A stretch of 64,000 nt of DNA from an uncultured Acidobacteriota bacterium (GTDB lineage Bacteria; Acidobacteriota; Vicinamibacteria; Vicinamibacterales; 2-12-FULL-66-21), in contig CAWAYH010000009.1 in assembly GCA_963786195.1 (NCBI GenBank), forward strand, positions 457,011-521,010. Direction: 5' to 3'. Made by a program: the position numbers and the translations under genes. The notes below the pieces were generated by a model that searched no databases, had not been told where the DNA came from, and saw only the letters and a list, made by a program, of their open reading frames with translations. Positions 1 through 10,908 of the stretch are shown piece by piece (position 1 is the stretch's first letter; each line of letters starts with the position of its first letter).

Positions 1-529
1 TCGGCCGGCGTCGGTGTCGCAATCGGCGAGCGCCACGTCAGAGATGGTCACGCTGGCCGTGAGGCCGTTGACCTCCACCTGGCCCTGGAGGTGATGACGA
101 ACCGCCGGATTGGGTTCGAACGCGTATACATGACCGCGCTCGCCCACGCGGAGCGCGGCCAGGACCGTGAAGTACCCGGTGTTCGCGCCGACGTCCACGA
201 AGATCCCGCCCGGCTCGAGCGCGTCGAGTACGACCCGCGTGGCCCCCGGCTCGTACGGCACATGTGCGAAGTACTGCCCCTTGACGGTGAAGTCGCTGAC
301 ATCGAACAGGGCGGACACGGGCCCGACCTGAATCCGGCGATGCGCCCGCCCGTCGCTGACCAGGCGTCGCGCCAGACGATCGGTCGCCTCGCGGAACACG
401 GTGTTGAGACCAGGCACGCCCCAGAACGCCGCGGCACACCGCGGAGTACGGCCGCTCCATCGCCGGCGCGTGATAGAGCGCCGTCGCGATCACGGCGGAC
501 GCGGCGTCGCGCGCGGTCCTGACCAGCAT
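1..529 (-). CDS. FkbM-family SAM-dependent methyltransferase; C-terminus runs off the window start; internal frameshift near nt ~430
   Basis: Minus-strand translation gives the N-terminus MLVRTARDAASAVIATALYHAPAMERPYSAV, then in a second frame ...GIFVDVGANTGYFTVLAALRVGERGHVYAFEPNPAVRHHLQGQVEVNG. VDVGANxG and YAFEP are FkbM hallmarks. The start codon lies directly after the upstream GT2 stop at 530. Confidence 0.55.
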
Positions 530-1396
530 TTACTCCTTACGTCCCGCTCGCGCCACGATGCGCCAGCCGGTGTTGGCCCAGCCCGTGAGCGAGGCGCGGC
601 GCATCCATGTCCGGCGCGGGCGCGCGTGATCCCGCGCGATGACACGTCCCACCGCGAGTGAAACAGCCGGCCGTTCGCGAGCACGCGTCCTATACGCCGC
701 GCACAGCTCGCCGATCGTGGTGCTGCCGAGATGATCGTAACCGCCGAGCCGCTCGTAGCCGCACGTCGCGACCTTCCAGCCCGCTTCTCGGATGCGGAAC
801 GCCAGGTCCGCTTCGTCCCACTCGGTCGGCACGGAACGCCTCGTCGAGCGAGCCGACGCGATCGAGGCATGCGCGGCGCACGATCCACGGCCGGATCACG
901 GCGTCCACTTCCTGGAGGCGGAACCAGTTGCCCGGTGCCGGACCGATCGTGCTCTGCAGCCGCCGCCAGTCGATCAGATCCTCCCAGCGTCGATCGGCTC
1001 GTCGAGCGGAAGGCAGTTGAGGCCGCGGCTCAGGCTCAGGAGCCCGATGTCCGGGCAGCGTGGAACGTGTCCAGCAGCTCGGGCACCAGCCAGGCGGCGC
1101 GCAGGAACATGTCGTCCTGCCAGGCCATCAGCAGCGGCGCGCGCGCCGCGTCAAGCCCGCGTTCGTGCACCGCAGCTCGTGCGCGTCGTCCTGGTGCATC
1201 CATCGCAGATGGCGCCGGCCCCAGGCGGTCTCGCTTTCGCTCTCGAGAAATGCGCGGTTCCGTCGCGGCAGCCGTCCTCGACGACGATGATCTCGAGTTG
1301 CTGGACGCGGCGGAACCCGCCAGCCGCGAGGCACGCCGCAGCACGGCTTCAGTTGTTGAAGGTCGGCATGACGACGCTGAGCGCCGGGACCGTCAT
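530..1396 (-). CDS. Family 2 glycosyltransferase (GT2), interrupted by several frameshifts; pseudogene or sequence error
   Basis: Pieces in three frames: MTVPALSVVMPTFNN (GT2 N-terminal motif), AVLRRA.., LEIIVVEDGCRD (DxD-region motif), and C-terminal WDEADLAFRIREAGWKVATCGYERLGGYDHLGS. The ATG overlaps the stop of the upstream methyltransferase (ATGA at 1393-1396). Confidence 0.55.
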
Positions 1397-2282
1397 GCGC
1401 GGCCAGCGTTGCGCGCGTAGGCCTGCAGGTTGAACGCGAGCGGAGTATGGACGCCGCCCGGCACGGCGAGCGCGAGGCGGAACACCGCGAGCCGCAGCCA
1501 GTCGATCCCGCGGTGCCGGACGGCAGCTCCGGCGCGGCGACCTCCAACGCGATCTCGTCGAACCCGGCGCGCTCGAGCGCCCGGCGGAGCGCGCCGGCGA
1601 AAAGTGACTGACGTGGACGAGGTTGTCGGCCAGCGTCGCGCGATAGCCGCGCTGCAGACGCGCGCCACGTTTCCTTCACGTCTGCGCCGGCCCGCACGGC
1701 ACCTTGACGGCGATCCACCCGCCGTCGCGAGCGCCGCGCGCACATTCGAGAGGACGGTACCGGCTCCGGCACGTGCTCGAGGACATCGGTCAGCGTGACG
1801 GCGTCGAACCGGCGGCCGAGATCGGGGATCTGTCCGCGTTGATCTGGTGGACGCGCGCGCCGGTGCGACCCGCCGCGTAGGCGGCCGTCTGCGGGTTGAG
1901 CTCGAGGCCTTCGCCTCCCACCCGGCGTCAGCCGCGAGCCGGAGAAACCGCCCGGCGTGCGCGCCGACGTCGAGCAGCGCGTCGCCCGGGAGACACGCGC
2001 CGGCCGAGCGCGTCGAGGATGCGGCGAAAGATCAGATCCTTGTAGGTGGCTTCGTACTCGCCGCGCGATCCAGTCGTCCGACCATCGCTGGTCGTACATG
2101 CGATCGAAGTACCGCGGCAGCGCCGGAAGCGACCGGCTGGGCGAACCCGCATCGACGCAGCGCTCGAGCGAGACGGGCTCCCCGGAGTAGGCGGCCAGCT
2201 CGGGATCCTGCTGCCTTCCACTGGAGAAGTCGAGCACGGCCTCGTGGAACCGGATCCGGACGAACCGCCGCACACCCAGCAC
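1393..2282 (-). CDS. Class I SAM-dependent methyltransferase, frameshifted
   Basis: N-terminal region in the 1128..2282 ORF (RFVRIRFHEAVLDF...). Motif I LPGDALLDVGAHAGRFLRLAADAG is in a second frame. FDAVTLTDVLEHVPEPV and LFAGALRRALERAGFDEIALEV are in further frames. The shift at ~1985 is a 1-nt indel in a cccggg run. Confidence 0.5.
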
Positions 2283-2319
2283 GCGCCCGTCGCATCGAAC
2301 AACGGCCGCTCGTCTCCCA

Positions 2320-3493
2320 CTACGCCGCCCCGCTGGCGATCGCGACGATCTCGCGCGCCATGTCGTCCCACGTGCGCGCGCGCAGCCGCGACGCGAACGG
2401 CAGCACCCGTTCGCGCATCGTCATGTCCGTGCGCCACTGGCGAAGCCTGGCGATCAGCTCCGTCACGCTCTCGGGATCGGTGAGCAGGAGCTGACGAAGA
2501 TCTTCGGGATATCGCTCGGCGACGCCGGCCGTCGCCGACACGATCGCCGGCAGTCCGCGACACAGCGCCTCGTGAACGGCCAGCCCGTAGGCTTCGTAGC
2601 GCGCGGGATGGACCAGGACGTCACCCGCGGCGAGCAGCGCGGGGACGTCCCGGCGAAATCCGAGGAACTGCATGCGACCGGCCGGCAGGTGCTCGACCGC
2701 CCGCGCGCGCCACGACGTCAACTCGCGCGCCGGTGCCCGCCACCAGCGAGATCGACATCCCAGTCCGGCTCGCGACACAGCGCTCGCCACGCCTCGAACA
2801 GCGTGTCGAATCCCTTGCGCCGATCGCCGAGCGCGCCGACGAAGAGCGCCAGCGGACGATCGGGTCGCACGCCAAGGGCGCGGCGGGCCGACTCGCGCTC
2901 CGCCGGATCGATGGGCCCGAATCGCTGGGGATCGGTGCCGTAGTAGACGACGCTCGTGCGATCGCGCGGGACTTCGGTCAGCTGCACGACCGCGTCGGCC
3001 GTTCGATTGCTGTTGCAGATGATCGCCCGGGCGTGCTGCAGCGCCGTTCGCTCCTGGGCGAGGTACCGACGATGACTGGACGCCACGCGTATGCGATTCC
3101 ACACGCCGGCCGCCTCGGGACGGAACGCCGAATGCACGTAGTGCACCCAGTTGAGGTCGCCGGCGTCCGCGTTGCCGCCGTTGGCGATCGTCCGGACGCC
3201 GCGCGACGAGAGACGCTGCTGCCAGCGGCGCGCGCTCAAGCGGAGGATCGGCTCGCCGAGCCGCTCGGCGCCGAGCGGCCTGGGCGCCGTGTGCACGCGC
3301 ACGGTCGAGAGAGCGGCCAGCTCCGGAGACACGTGATGACTGACGAGATGCACTTCGCTGCCGTTGCGAACGTCACCCTCGCCTCCAGAGCCGCCTGGGG
3401 CCGCGCAAGATAGTTCGCCAGCGCGAAGTTGGCCATGTCCATGCCGCCGTGCGGCGCGAAGTCACCCGCAATGAGGAGCCAGCAGGCGCTCAT
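2320..3493 (-). CDS. GT4-family (GT-B fold) glycosyltransferase, frameshifted
   Basis: Start MSACWLLIAGDFAPHGGMDMANFALANYLA (GT4-type N-terminus). Middle piece: ..HLVSHHVSPELAALSTVRVHTAPRPLG...LALFVGALGDRRKGFDTLFEAW. C-terminal piece: FLGFRRDVPALLAAGDVLVHPARYEAYGLAVHEALCRGLPAIVSATAG. The three pieces lie in different frames. Confidence 0.6.
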
Positions 3494-3495
3494 CG

Positions 3496-4851
3496 TGCTG
3501 GTGCGTTGCGCGTCCGCATCGCGGTCCGCGCGAGCGGGGTCGCGATGCCGTGCAGCGCGCCCGCCAGGAACCAGAACTGCAAGCCGATCTGCGTGACGAA
3601 CGGTGTGAAGCTGAAGATCAGCGCCGCGGTGCCCGAGGTTCACGGCCACCACGACGCCGGCGCACGCCCGGACCTTGGCGTCCGGATCGTAGAGCGCAGT
3701 GCGCAACTCGGACGTCAGCGTGACGACGATCGCGCCGACGTACAGGATGAGCAGCGGGATGCCGCCGTCGATCGTCCAGCCCGCGACTTGAATCTCGGCC
3801 CACAGCGGCGCGGAATCAGGCGTCGAGCCGCCGCCGAAGTACCCGCTGACCATCCCCCATCGTCCGAGACCCGCGCCGAGCGGATAGGAGTACAGCAGCT
3901 CGCCGAAGGTGTACTCGAGCTGACCGCCGCGTGACTCCGAGTACAGGCTCACCGGGTTCTGCCCGAACAACGTGAACGTGCGTTCCGCAATGCTCTCGCC
4001 GCCGAGTCCGATCGCAAACGAAAACGTCGCCACGAGAATCACCCCGGCCACGCCGCCGAACAGGATGGCGCGCTGACGCCGGTTCTGGATGATCAGCATC
4101 ACGACGTAGACGGCGAGCATCACCGCGAGAACGACCAGCGAGACGCGAACCTGACTCAGATAGATGGCGGCGACGCCGGCGAACGACGCCGCGATCGCAG
4201 CCGGCGCGTCTCCAGAGCGCGATCGCGCTGATCGCGAAGACGAGGCCGAGCAGCGCGGCGTACATGCCGGGTCCGGCGACGGCGCCGGGATTGTCGAAGA
4301 GGCCGGGTGGACGGATGATCAGGCCGTTCGGTCCCATGTACGAGACGGCGCCGAGCCCGTAGCTCCGACTCGGTCACGAGTCGCGACATCTGGTGCGGCA
4401 TCCACCTGGCGGGGTCGTAGACCTGCAGGACACCGACAACCGAGTTGACGCCGTTGCAGACGAGGAGCAGCGCGACGAGCCGAGCCAGATGATCGGGGCC
4501 GTGGACAACAGACGAGGCCCAGAAGAGTGGCGCCGCGACGGAGAGGTAGAGCACGAGCTGCGCGAGGCCCGCGAACGTGGAATTGCTGAAGGGGTGGACG
4601 ATCATCGCGGCGATGTAGATCAGCGTCGCGACCAGCCAGGGTTGCGCCGGATGTTTTGCGCTGATCTTGGCGTGTCCGAATCCCCACCAGAGGAGGAGCG
4701 CGAGCGAGATCCCGAACGACGCGACGCGGATGTAGAGGCGAAGCGGCTGGGTGCCCGGGAGATACAACAGCGCAGGGATTGCGGTCTGGCTGATCACGAA
4801 GAACTCGGCCAGGCCCCATGGCGTTCGAGATCGCTCAACCGCCGCGCTCAC
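3496..4851 (-). CDS. O-antigen ligase / Wzy-like polymerase family integral membrane protein, frameshifted
   Basis: Multi-TM N-terminus MSAAVERSRTPWGLAEFFVISQTAIPALLYLPG...; later pieces MGPNGLIIRPPGLFDNPGAVAGPGMYAALLGLVF and DSAPLWAEIQVAGWTIDGGIPLLILYVGAIV. The last resembles the O-antigen-ligase H-N-x-Y-L..E.G..G signature. Pieces are spread over three ORF-track frames. Confidence 0.45.
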
Positions 4852-6101
4852 GCCTTTTTGTCCCCAATCAGGCTGGCGCCCGCGCGCGCGGCTGCACCGT
4901 CCGCTGTCAACCCCTCGTACACCGACACGACCTCGGAGGCGAGACGGTCGGGATCGAACAGTCGGCAGGCGGCAACGCGCGCCTGAGTTCCCAGGCGCTG
5001 CCGCAAGCCGACGTCAGCAGAAAGTCGTGCGATGCCGGCCGACAGCGACTCGACGTCGCCCGACCGGTACGTCAGCGCGTCGCTCTCCGGCTCGACGAGC
5101 TCCGCGGCGCCGCCGGTCGCCGGCGTCATCACCGCACGGCCGCAGGCCATGGCCTCGGCAATGACGAGCCCGAACGGCTCAGGCTGCGTGCTCGCGTGCA
5201 CCACGATGTCGAGCGCCCGCAGGGCACGCGCGGCCGGCAGGAAGCCCGTGAAGCCGACGCGCTTGTGAACGCCGAGCGTCCGCGCAAGCCCGCGCAGCTC
5301 TCCTTCCGTGTACTCGCTGCCCTCCGTCGCGTATTGCGGTCCACCAATGATGTAGCCGCGAATCTCACCACGATCGCCAAGCGCCGCCATGGCGCGCAGG
5401 AACAGCTCGTGGCCCTTCCACCTGGCAAAGGTCGCGACGAGACCCACTCGAACGGTCGACGGAGTCGCCGGACCGAGCCCCGCCCGGACGTCGAGGTTCT
5501 CGGCGGGGCCGTCGGGAGCGAACGTGCTGAGGTCGACCGCGTTATGGATCACGTGCATCGGGACGGTCGGCGTGAGCGCGGTCGCGGCGTCATCCGCGAC
5601 GCTCGCCGAGTTCGCAAGGATCGAGGCGACACGCGGCTGAGAGAATCTCAGGAGCGCGCGTGAAATTCTGCGAGGGCTGAGGTATTCGTGCAGATGCCAG
5701 ACGACTTTCACTTCGGGCCCGACGCGGGCGCCCAGCACATGCGCCTTGATCCCGTTGGTGTGGAGGATCGCGGGCCGGCTCGCTCGAACGGCCCGCCGCA
5801 GGCGGCGAAGGTAGGACGGCAGCGCCGCCGCGACGGGTACCAGCCGCGCGCCCATCCTCACGCCGGACACGAGCCCGCCCGGAGCAGTCGATTCGCCGAG
5901 CCGCGTCAGCGACTCCGGAAACGGAACGACGACGCAATCCGCGCCCGCCGCTTCCGCGCGCGCCAGCAGCGGCCCGCGCCCCGGCAGAATCACCTGAAGC
6001 GTCCACGACGATCGGAGACGACGCACGCCCTCGATCATGCTGATGAGCGCGGTCTCCGAGCCGCCGAGGCCGTCCGACACGCTGTAGTACGAGATACGCA
6101 T
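4848..6101 (-). CDS. GT4-family glycosyltransferase (intact, 417 aa)
   Basis: Uninterrupted ORF. MRISYYSVSDGLGGSETALISM... and C-terminal ...FGLVIAEAMACGRAVMTPATGGAAELV are the GT-B / GT4 E-x7-E region. Confidence 0.8.
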   Translation of the reverse strand: MRISYYSVSDGLGGSETALISMIEGVRRLRSSWTLQVILPGRGPLLARAEAAGADCVVVPFPESLTRLGESTAPGGLVSGVRMGARLVPVAAALPSYLRRLRRAVRASRPAILHTNGIKAHVLGARVGPEVKVVWHLHEYLSPRRISRALLRFSQPRVASILANSASVADDAATALTPTVPMHVIHNAVDLSTFAPDGPAENLDVRAGLGPATPSTVRVGLVATFARWKGHELFLRAMAALGDRGEIRGYIIGGPQYATEGSEYTEGELRGLARTLGVHKRVGFTGFLPAARALRALDIVVHASTQPEPFGLVIAEAMACGRAVMTPATGGAAELVEPESDALTYRSGDVESLSAGIARLSADVGLRQRLGTQARVAACRLFDPDRLASEVVSVYEGLTADGAAARAGASLIGDKKA

Positions 6102-6115
6102 TCAGGCCGGAATGC

Positions 6116-7042
6116 TCAGGCGGGAATGCGCTCGCCCGGCGCCGTCCACAGGAAGTGCGGCCAGGCGTCCAGCGTCACGGCTCCCGGATCGATCGGTGCG
6201 AGCATGTCAGCCGGACGGATCGAGCCTGAGGCAGCTCGCCGGTGCATGGACAGCGAATGATCGATGTGCCATCCCTCATAGCCTGCGTCCCTCAACGGTG
6301 CCAGGCACTGGTCGAGGCTCATCCGGGCATCGGTCCACCCCGGCGCGCCCGGATGACACTCGGCTAGCACGAACCGATACCGTTGCCGGTCGAGACCAGC
6401 CGCCATGCCCCGAAGCACGTCCGGTTCGGCGCCCTCGACGTCAATCTTCACGAGATCGACGCGGTCGATGCCGCGCGCATCGATCAACTCATCGAGCGCG
6501 ATCACCTCACACTCGAAGTCGGGCCGCTCCGACCGATCGGCCACTCGCGAGACACCCCAGTTCCCGCCGTGCTCGTCAAATGCGATGAACGACGTCAATC
6601 CGCGCGTCGCGCCCGCACCCAGCCTGAGACACTCGACCTGGCGCAGCCCGTTTCTCGCGACGTTGTCAGCCAGCAGTGTGCACAGCCGCGGATGCGGCTC
6701 GAGCGAGACGACGCGCCCCCGCTCGCCAACGAGGTGCGCGCACACCAGAGAGAAGTAGCCCCAGTTCGCCCCCACGTCCACGGTCGTCTGACCGGGGCGC
6801 AGCAGCCGCCGGATCAGTTCCGTCTCCTGTGGTTCGTAGCGGCCCGTGAAGCAGACCTCGCGCGAGATCGTGTCGCCGAGATCGCACACGAACTCGGCTG
6901 CGCCGAGATCGACCGGCATTCGGGCGAGGAAGGGACGCCGGCTGAACCGACCCAACGTGTCCGACAGGCGGTAGCGGCCGAACGGCAGCCGCCGGATCGC
7001 GGAGGCGGACAGCGTCACCCACAGCGGCGCGGTCTCAACCAT
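6116..7042 (-). CDS. FkbM-family methyltransferase
   Basis: ...QTTVDVGANWGYFSLVCAHLVGERGRVVSLEPHP...IDRVDLVKIDVEGAEPDVL, which are FkbM motifs. The likely start MVETAPLW overlaps the end of the upstream methyltransferase gene. The first ~75 residues of the ORF-track entry are read-through of the neighbour. Confidence 0.7.
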   Translation of the reverse strand: MVETAPLWVTLSASAIRRLPFGRYRLSDTLGRFSRRPFLARMPVDLGAAEFVCDLGDTISREVCFTGRYEPQETELIRRLLRPGQTTVDVGANWGYFSLVCAHLVGERGRVVSLEPHPRLCTLLADNVARNGLRQVECLRLGAGATRGLTSFIAFDEHGGNWGVSRVADRSERPDFECEVIALDELIDARGIDRVDLVKIDVEGAEPDVLRGMAAGLDRQRYRFVLAECHPGAPGWTDARMSLDQCLAPLRDAGYEGWHIDHSLSMHRRAASGSIRPADMLAPIDPGAVTLDAWPHFLWTAPGERIPA

Positions 7043-7697
7043 CCTTGCGTGCGAGGAGCATGACGTTGTCCGACAACGCCTGCGGGAACATCTGCGACAG
7101 CGCCGCCGGGTAGTGCTGGGCCGTCCGCGGTATTCGACCCGAGCACGTGAACGCGAGCTGGGCATTCGACAGATCGCACTCTTTCGCGATTCGGACGAGA
7201 TCGATTGGCAGAAGCGCGGTCCGATGGACCGGGTAGTACGCGTCCTGAAAGGCAACGAAACGTCCACGGACGATCAGGCAGAGCACGCTCAGCAGGCTGA
7301 GCTGGTTGGGCGTCGTGACGACAAGCCAGCCGCCAGGCCTGAGCACGCGCGCCAGCTCCCGGCAGAACGTGCGCGGATTCTCGAGGTGTTCGATCGTCTC
7401 GATCGCCACGACGATGTCCGCCGAGCGATCCGGTACCGGCAGCGGCTCCCGATCGAGATCCGCGCGCAGGAACGTGACGTCCGGCGGAAGACGCGGGTGG
7501 CGGACGACGTCCACGCCGGTATAGCCGGAGGCCAGGTCCCGCGTGAACTCGCGGAAACGGCCGATGCCGCAGCCGACGTCGAGGAGGCTGCCGGCCGCCT
7601 GAGAGCTCCGCAGGATCCCCGCAGCGGCTCGATAAATCGGCTCGTCGCTTTCGCCGTAGCTGCGCAGGCCCCGCTCGACAGCGGCGTCCGTCGTCAT
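7035..7697 (-). CDS. Class I SAM-dependent methyltransferase (intact, 220 aa)
   Basis: LLDVGCGIGRF (motif I), ..ADIVVAIETIEHLENP.. (motif II/III), LRPGGWLVVTTPN (post-II). Confidence 0.75.
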   Translation of the reverse strand: MTTDAAVERGLRSYGESDEPIYRAAAGILRSSQAAGSLLDVGCGIGRFREFTRDLASGYTGVDVVRHPRLPPDVTFLRADLDREPLPVPDRSADIVVAIETIEHLENPRTFCRELARVLRPGGWLVVTTPNQLSLLSVLCLIVRGRFVAFQDAYYPVHRTALLPIDLVRIAKECDLSNAQLAFTCSGRIPRTAQHYPAALSQMFPQALSDNVMLLARKDG

Positions 7698-8818
7698 GCG
7701 GCGGCCGTAGCACCCAGTCCCGCGAGCACGCGGGCGAGCTGTGGCAACACGATCTCGGGCGCGCAGCGCGAAGCGGCGTGCGCGCGGCCGACCGCGCCGA
7801 GGCGCTCCCGCGTGGCCGAATCGACGACGAGCTCGCGCAGCGCCTCCGACAGCGCTTCGAGGTTGCCGGCGCGTACGAGGCGGCCGCAGCTCGCGTCGAC
7901 GATTTCCGGCGCGCCGCCGAGGTTGGTCGTGACGACGGGCACGCCCGAGAGCAAGGCTTCAGCAAAGACGATCCCGAATGGCTCTGGGCCGTCATTCGGC
8001 TGGCAGAACACGTCAGCGGCGGCCATCAGCGCCGGAACATCGCGGCGTTCACCGAGGAACCGCACGCGCCGCTGAACGCCAAGTCGGACGGCTGCCTGCC
8101 GCAGCTCCGCTTCGTACCGCTGCTCGTGCGGACGCCGGGCGGCGCCGGCGATCCAGACCGTCCACGGCACGGAGACCAGCGAGGAGAGACGCGCCGCGGC
8201 CTCGAGGATGTTGATCTGTCCTTTCCACGGCTCCAGCCGTGCGGCGGTGAGAATGACGACGTCGACGGGATCGGTCTCGAGCGCGCGCCGGATCTCGGCT
8301 CGCGCGGTCGATGAGGGCTCGGGAAGACGGACCGGAGGATGCACGACAGACGCGGGAGCGTCAGGCTGGAGCACCGCCGCCGATTGGGCGGTCCAACGGC
8401 TGTTGCAGATCACCCGATCGGCTTCTGTGGCGCGGGCCCACCGCTCGACGAGCGTGCGTCCGGACGCATGGTCGTGCTGCCAGAACACACAGGGCACGCC
8501 CGCGCGTCTGCCGACGGGCGCGAACAGCGCGAACGCCCACGGCGCGTGACACACGAGAACGTTCGGGCGTTCCTGCTCGAGCGCGCGCCGAAGACGGGAT
8601 CGTGCATGAACGACAGTGCCGGGACGGCTCAACCGCACGTCGCCAAGCGCCGTGACCGGCGCGCCGGCAGCCCGAAGCTCGTCCTCCAGCCGGCCTGGCG
8701 CGGCGACCGCAAATGCCGAGTCGAGCATCGGCGCCACGTCGCGACAGCGCGCCATCGTTACGAGCATCTGCTCGACGCCGCCGAAGAGACGGCCGCTTGT
8801 GACGTGAAGGACCTTCAA
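7694..8818 (-). CDS. GT4-family glycosyltransferase
   Basis: Real protein starts at (L)KVLHVTSGRLFGGVEQMLV, probably a TTG start at 8818. C-terminal ..FCQPNDGPEPFGIVFAEALLSGVPVVTTNLGGAPEIV. The upstream part of the ORF-track entry is antisense/read-through of the exporter gene. Confidence 0.65.
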   Translation of the reverse strand: MKVLHVTSGRLFGGVEQMLVTMARCRDVAPMLDSAFAVAAPGRLEDELRAAGAPVTALGDVRLSRPGTVVHARSRLRRALEQERPNVLVCHAPWAFALFAPVGRRAGVPCVFWQHDHASGRTLVERWARATEADRVICNSRWTAQSAAVLQPDAPASVVHPPVRLPEPSSTARAEIRRALETDPVDVVILTAARLEPWKGQINILEAAARLSSLVSVPWTVWIAGAARRPHEQRYEAELRQAAVRLGVQRRVRFLGERRDVPALMAAADVFCQPNDGPEPFGIVFAEALLSGVPVVTTNLGGAPEIVDASCGRLVRAGNLEALSEALRELVVDSATRERLGAVGRAHAASRCAPEIVLPQLARVLAGLGATAAA

Positions 8819-8859
8819 GTCAATTTGCGGACGTACTGCGAATCGCCCAGAGACCTGCC

Positions 8860-9696
8860 TTAGAACAGACGGGAAAGAACCTCGACCGAGTCGCCAGGCA
8901 GCACGGAATCGTCCGGCTTCACGTCCTTGATGACGAGCTGCTTGCCGTTGACGATCCGCGTGATGCGGATGCGATTCCTGGATCCCTTTTCGGTCACGCC
9001 GCCCGCCATCGACAACGCTTTCGCGACCGTCATGCCCGGCTCGTGGATGAACGGGCCGCCGTTGCGCACGTAGCCCGTGACGAAGAACGTCTCGGCCTTG
9101 GGCACGAAGATCGTGTCGCCGTCCGACAGCGTGATGTTCTGCGCGCGGCCGCTCTGAATGTCGGCCATGCTGACGCGCTCGGCTCCGGCCGGCGCCGTGC
9201 CGGGTGCGGTGCCGGACGGCGGATCGGCTGGCGCACTGGAGCCACGAACGCGGCGATTGATTTCGATGTAGGCGCCTGCGTCGGGCGTGGGCGAACCGGC
9301 TCTCGCGAGCGCTTCGGTGACGGTGAGTGTACCCGAGAGCATCACAGCGCCTGGCGTGCGGACCTGGCCCCACACGTAGACGACCTGACTGCGGTACGAC
9401 TCGACCTCCACGGACACCTGCGGATTGCGGAGGAAGTCCTTCTTCAGACGTTCCGTGATGTCCTGCTGGATGGTGCGCAGCGTCAGGCCGCCCGCCTTGA
9501 CGATGCCGATGAACGGATAGTCGAAGGTGCCGTCGCTGCCCACCGTGACGAGCTTCGTCAGTGTCGGCTCATCGAACACCGTGATGGAGAGACGATCCTG
9601 GGGCCCGACCAGGTACTCGGGAGAGGCCTGCGGCTTGGGGACGGTCTGCATCGAGGCCGCGGCCGTCAACGCGATCAGGAGAATCAAGAGAGGCAT
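8860..9696 (-). CDS. Polysaccharide export protein (Wza/GumB/EpsA-like periplasmic exporter)
   Basis: Intact 278-aa ORF with signal peptide MPLLILLIALTAAASMQ. PEYLVGPQDRLSITVF is the Poly_export motif. Two SLBB-like repeats: ...GAVMLSGTLTVTEALARAG and GMTVAKALSMAGGVTEKG. Confidence 0.85.
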   Translation of the reverse strand: MPLLILLIALTAAASMQTVPKPQASPEYLVGPQDRLSITVFDEPTLTKLVTVGSDGTFDYPFIGIVKAGGLTLRTIQQDITERLKKDFLRNPQVSVEVESYRSQVVYVWGQVRTPGAVMLSGTLTVTEALARAGSPTPDAGAYIEINRRVRGSSAPADPPSGTAPGTAPAGAERVSMADIQSGRAQNITLSDGDTIFVPKAETFFVTGYVRNGGPFIHEPGMTVAKALSMAGGVTEKGSRNRIRITRIVNGKQLVIKDVKPDDSVLPGDSVEVLSRLF

Positions 9697-9699
9697 GAA

Positions 9700-10908
9700 T
9701 CACAACCCATACGCCACCGACCCGAAGACCCGGGTTCGATCGTACTGACGCTCCGCTCGATCGCTGGTTCGCTGTGCGTACTCGACGTCCACTCCAACGC
9801 GGAGGTTCGGGCGGAAACGGTAGCCAACGCCGGCACCGAACGTCGTCGCGCGATCGGTGCGGGCTTCCTCGAAAGGTTCGAACGTGCGGTACGCGAGCTG
9901 ATCGAATCCGAGGGTGCCGCGCACGTCGAGGTACTCGTTCAGCTGCTGTGTTACCGTCAGCCGCAGTCCGGTTCCAATGTAGTACGGATCCGCGGGCTCG
10001 AACGAGTATTGCACGTCACGCGAGAGGGTGAGATCGAACTTCGTCCACTCCGCGAGAGTGTAGGTCAGCGAGCCGCGCGCGACCACGCCCGTGTAGCCCG
10101 CCAGCAGCGGGTCGTCCGGTTCGAAACGCCGGTAGCCCACCATGAACGTCCCCTGGATGATCGCCGGGGCGTCGAACTTCAGCGACGGCAGGATCTCGAA
10201 CGAGTCGGCATTGCGCTCCGGTGATTGCTCGAAGCGGTCGCGCACGAACGTACCCGTGACGGTGAGCGTCGTCAGCGGCGTCAGGTAGAACTCGAGCCCG
10301 CCGTCGACGGTGTTCGTCGTCGAGTTCATCGTCTGGCTGATGGGTACACCCTCGAAGATCGAGCCCTCTTCGAAGTCCAGGCGGGAGTGCCGGGCATTGA
10401 AGACGAGACCGGTGCGCGGCGAGACCAGCACGCGCGTGCCCCCGGCCACCGACGTCTGGGTTCGCGGCGCGCGGATGTCGAGCTCCGCGTTGAGCCGATC
10501 GTGGGTATTCAGGTACGACGCGGAGACGTACGGGCGAAACAGGCCCAGCTCGAAGTCGCCGCGCACGTCCGTGTTGAAGTTGATCGAGCGCTCCTCGTCG
10601 AATTCGTGGAAGTACACGAATCCCGTCGCCACCGAGCCACTCAGCTGCACGTACCGTGAGCGCAGCCTCGCGAGCAGCCGCGGGACGATCGTCATCGTGA
10701 AATCGTCACGGGGGTCGACGGCATCGTTGAAGACGTTCGAGTCGACGCCGAACTCGGTGATCGAGAGCGTCGGGCTCAATCCCATGGGGCCGAAGCGAAA
10801 CTGCATCGACTCCAGCGGATCCTGATCGGGAGCGGACGGCTGCGCCCACGCGATAGAGGCTGACAGGTGCATCGCCAGGCCGATCGGCAGAACTCGTCGA
10901 AGCTTCAT
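9700..10908 (-). CDS. Outer-membrane beta-barrel protein associated with the EPS locus
   Basis: Signal peptide MKLRRVLPIGLAMHLSASIAWAQ. Alternating amphipathic beta-strand pattern throughout. C-terminal ...VFGSVAYGL ends in an aromatic residue, typical of OM barrels. Stop overlaps the start of the downstream regulator (ATGA). Confidence 0.6.
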   Translation of the reverse strand: MKLRRVLPIGLAMHLSASIAWAQPSAPDQDPLESMQFRFGPMGLSPTLSITEFGVDSNVFNDAVDPRDDFTMTIVPRLLARLRSRYVQLSGSVATGFVYFHEFDEERSINFNTDVRGDFELGLFRPYVSASYLNTHDRLNAELDIRAPRTQTSVAGGTRVLVSPRTGLVFNARHSRLDFEEGSIFEGVPISQTMNSTTNTVDGGLEFYLTPLTTLTVTGTFVRDRFEQSPERNADSFEILPSLKFDAPAIIQGTFMVGYRRFEPDDPLLAGYTGVVARGSLTYTLAEWTKFDLTLSRDVQYSFEPADPYYIGTGLRLTVTQQLNEYLDVRGTLGFDQLAYRTFEPFEEARTDRATTFGAGVGYRFRPNLRVGVDVEYAQRTSDRAERQYDRTRVFGSVAYGL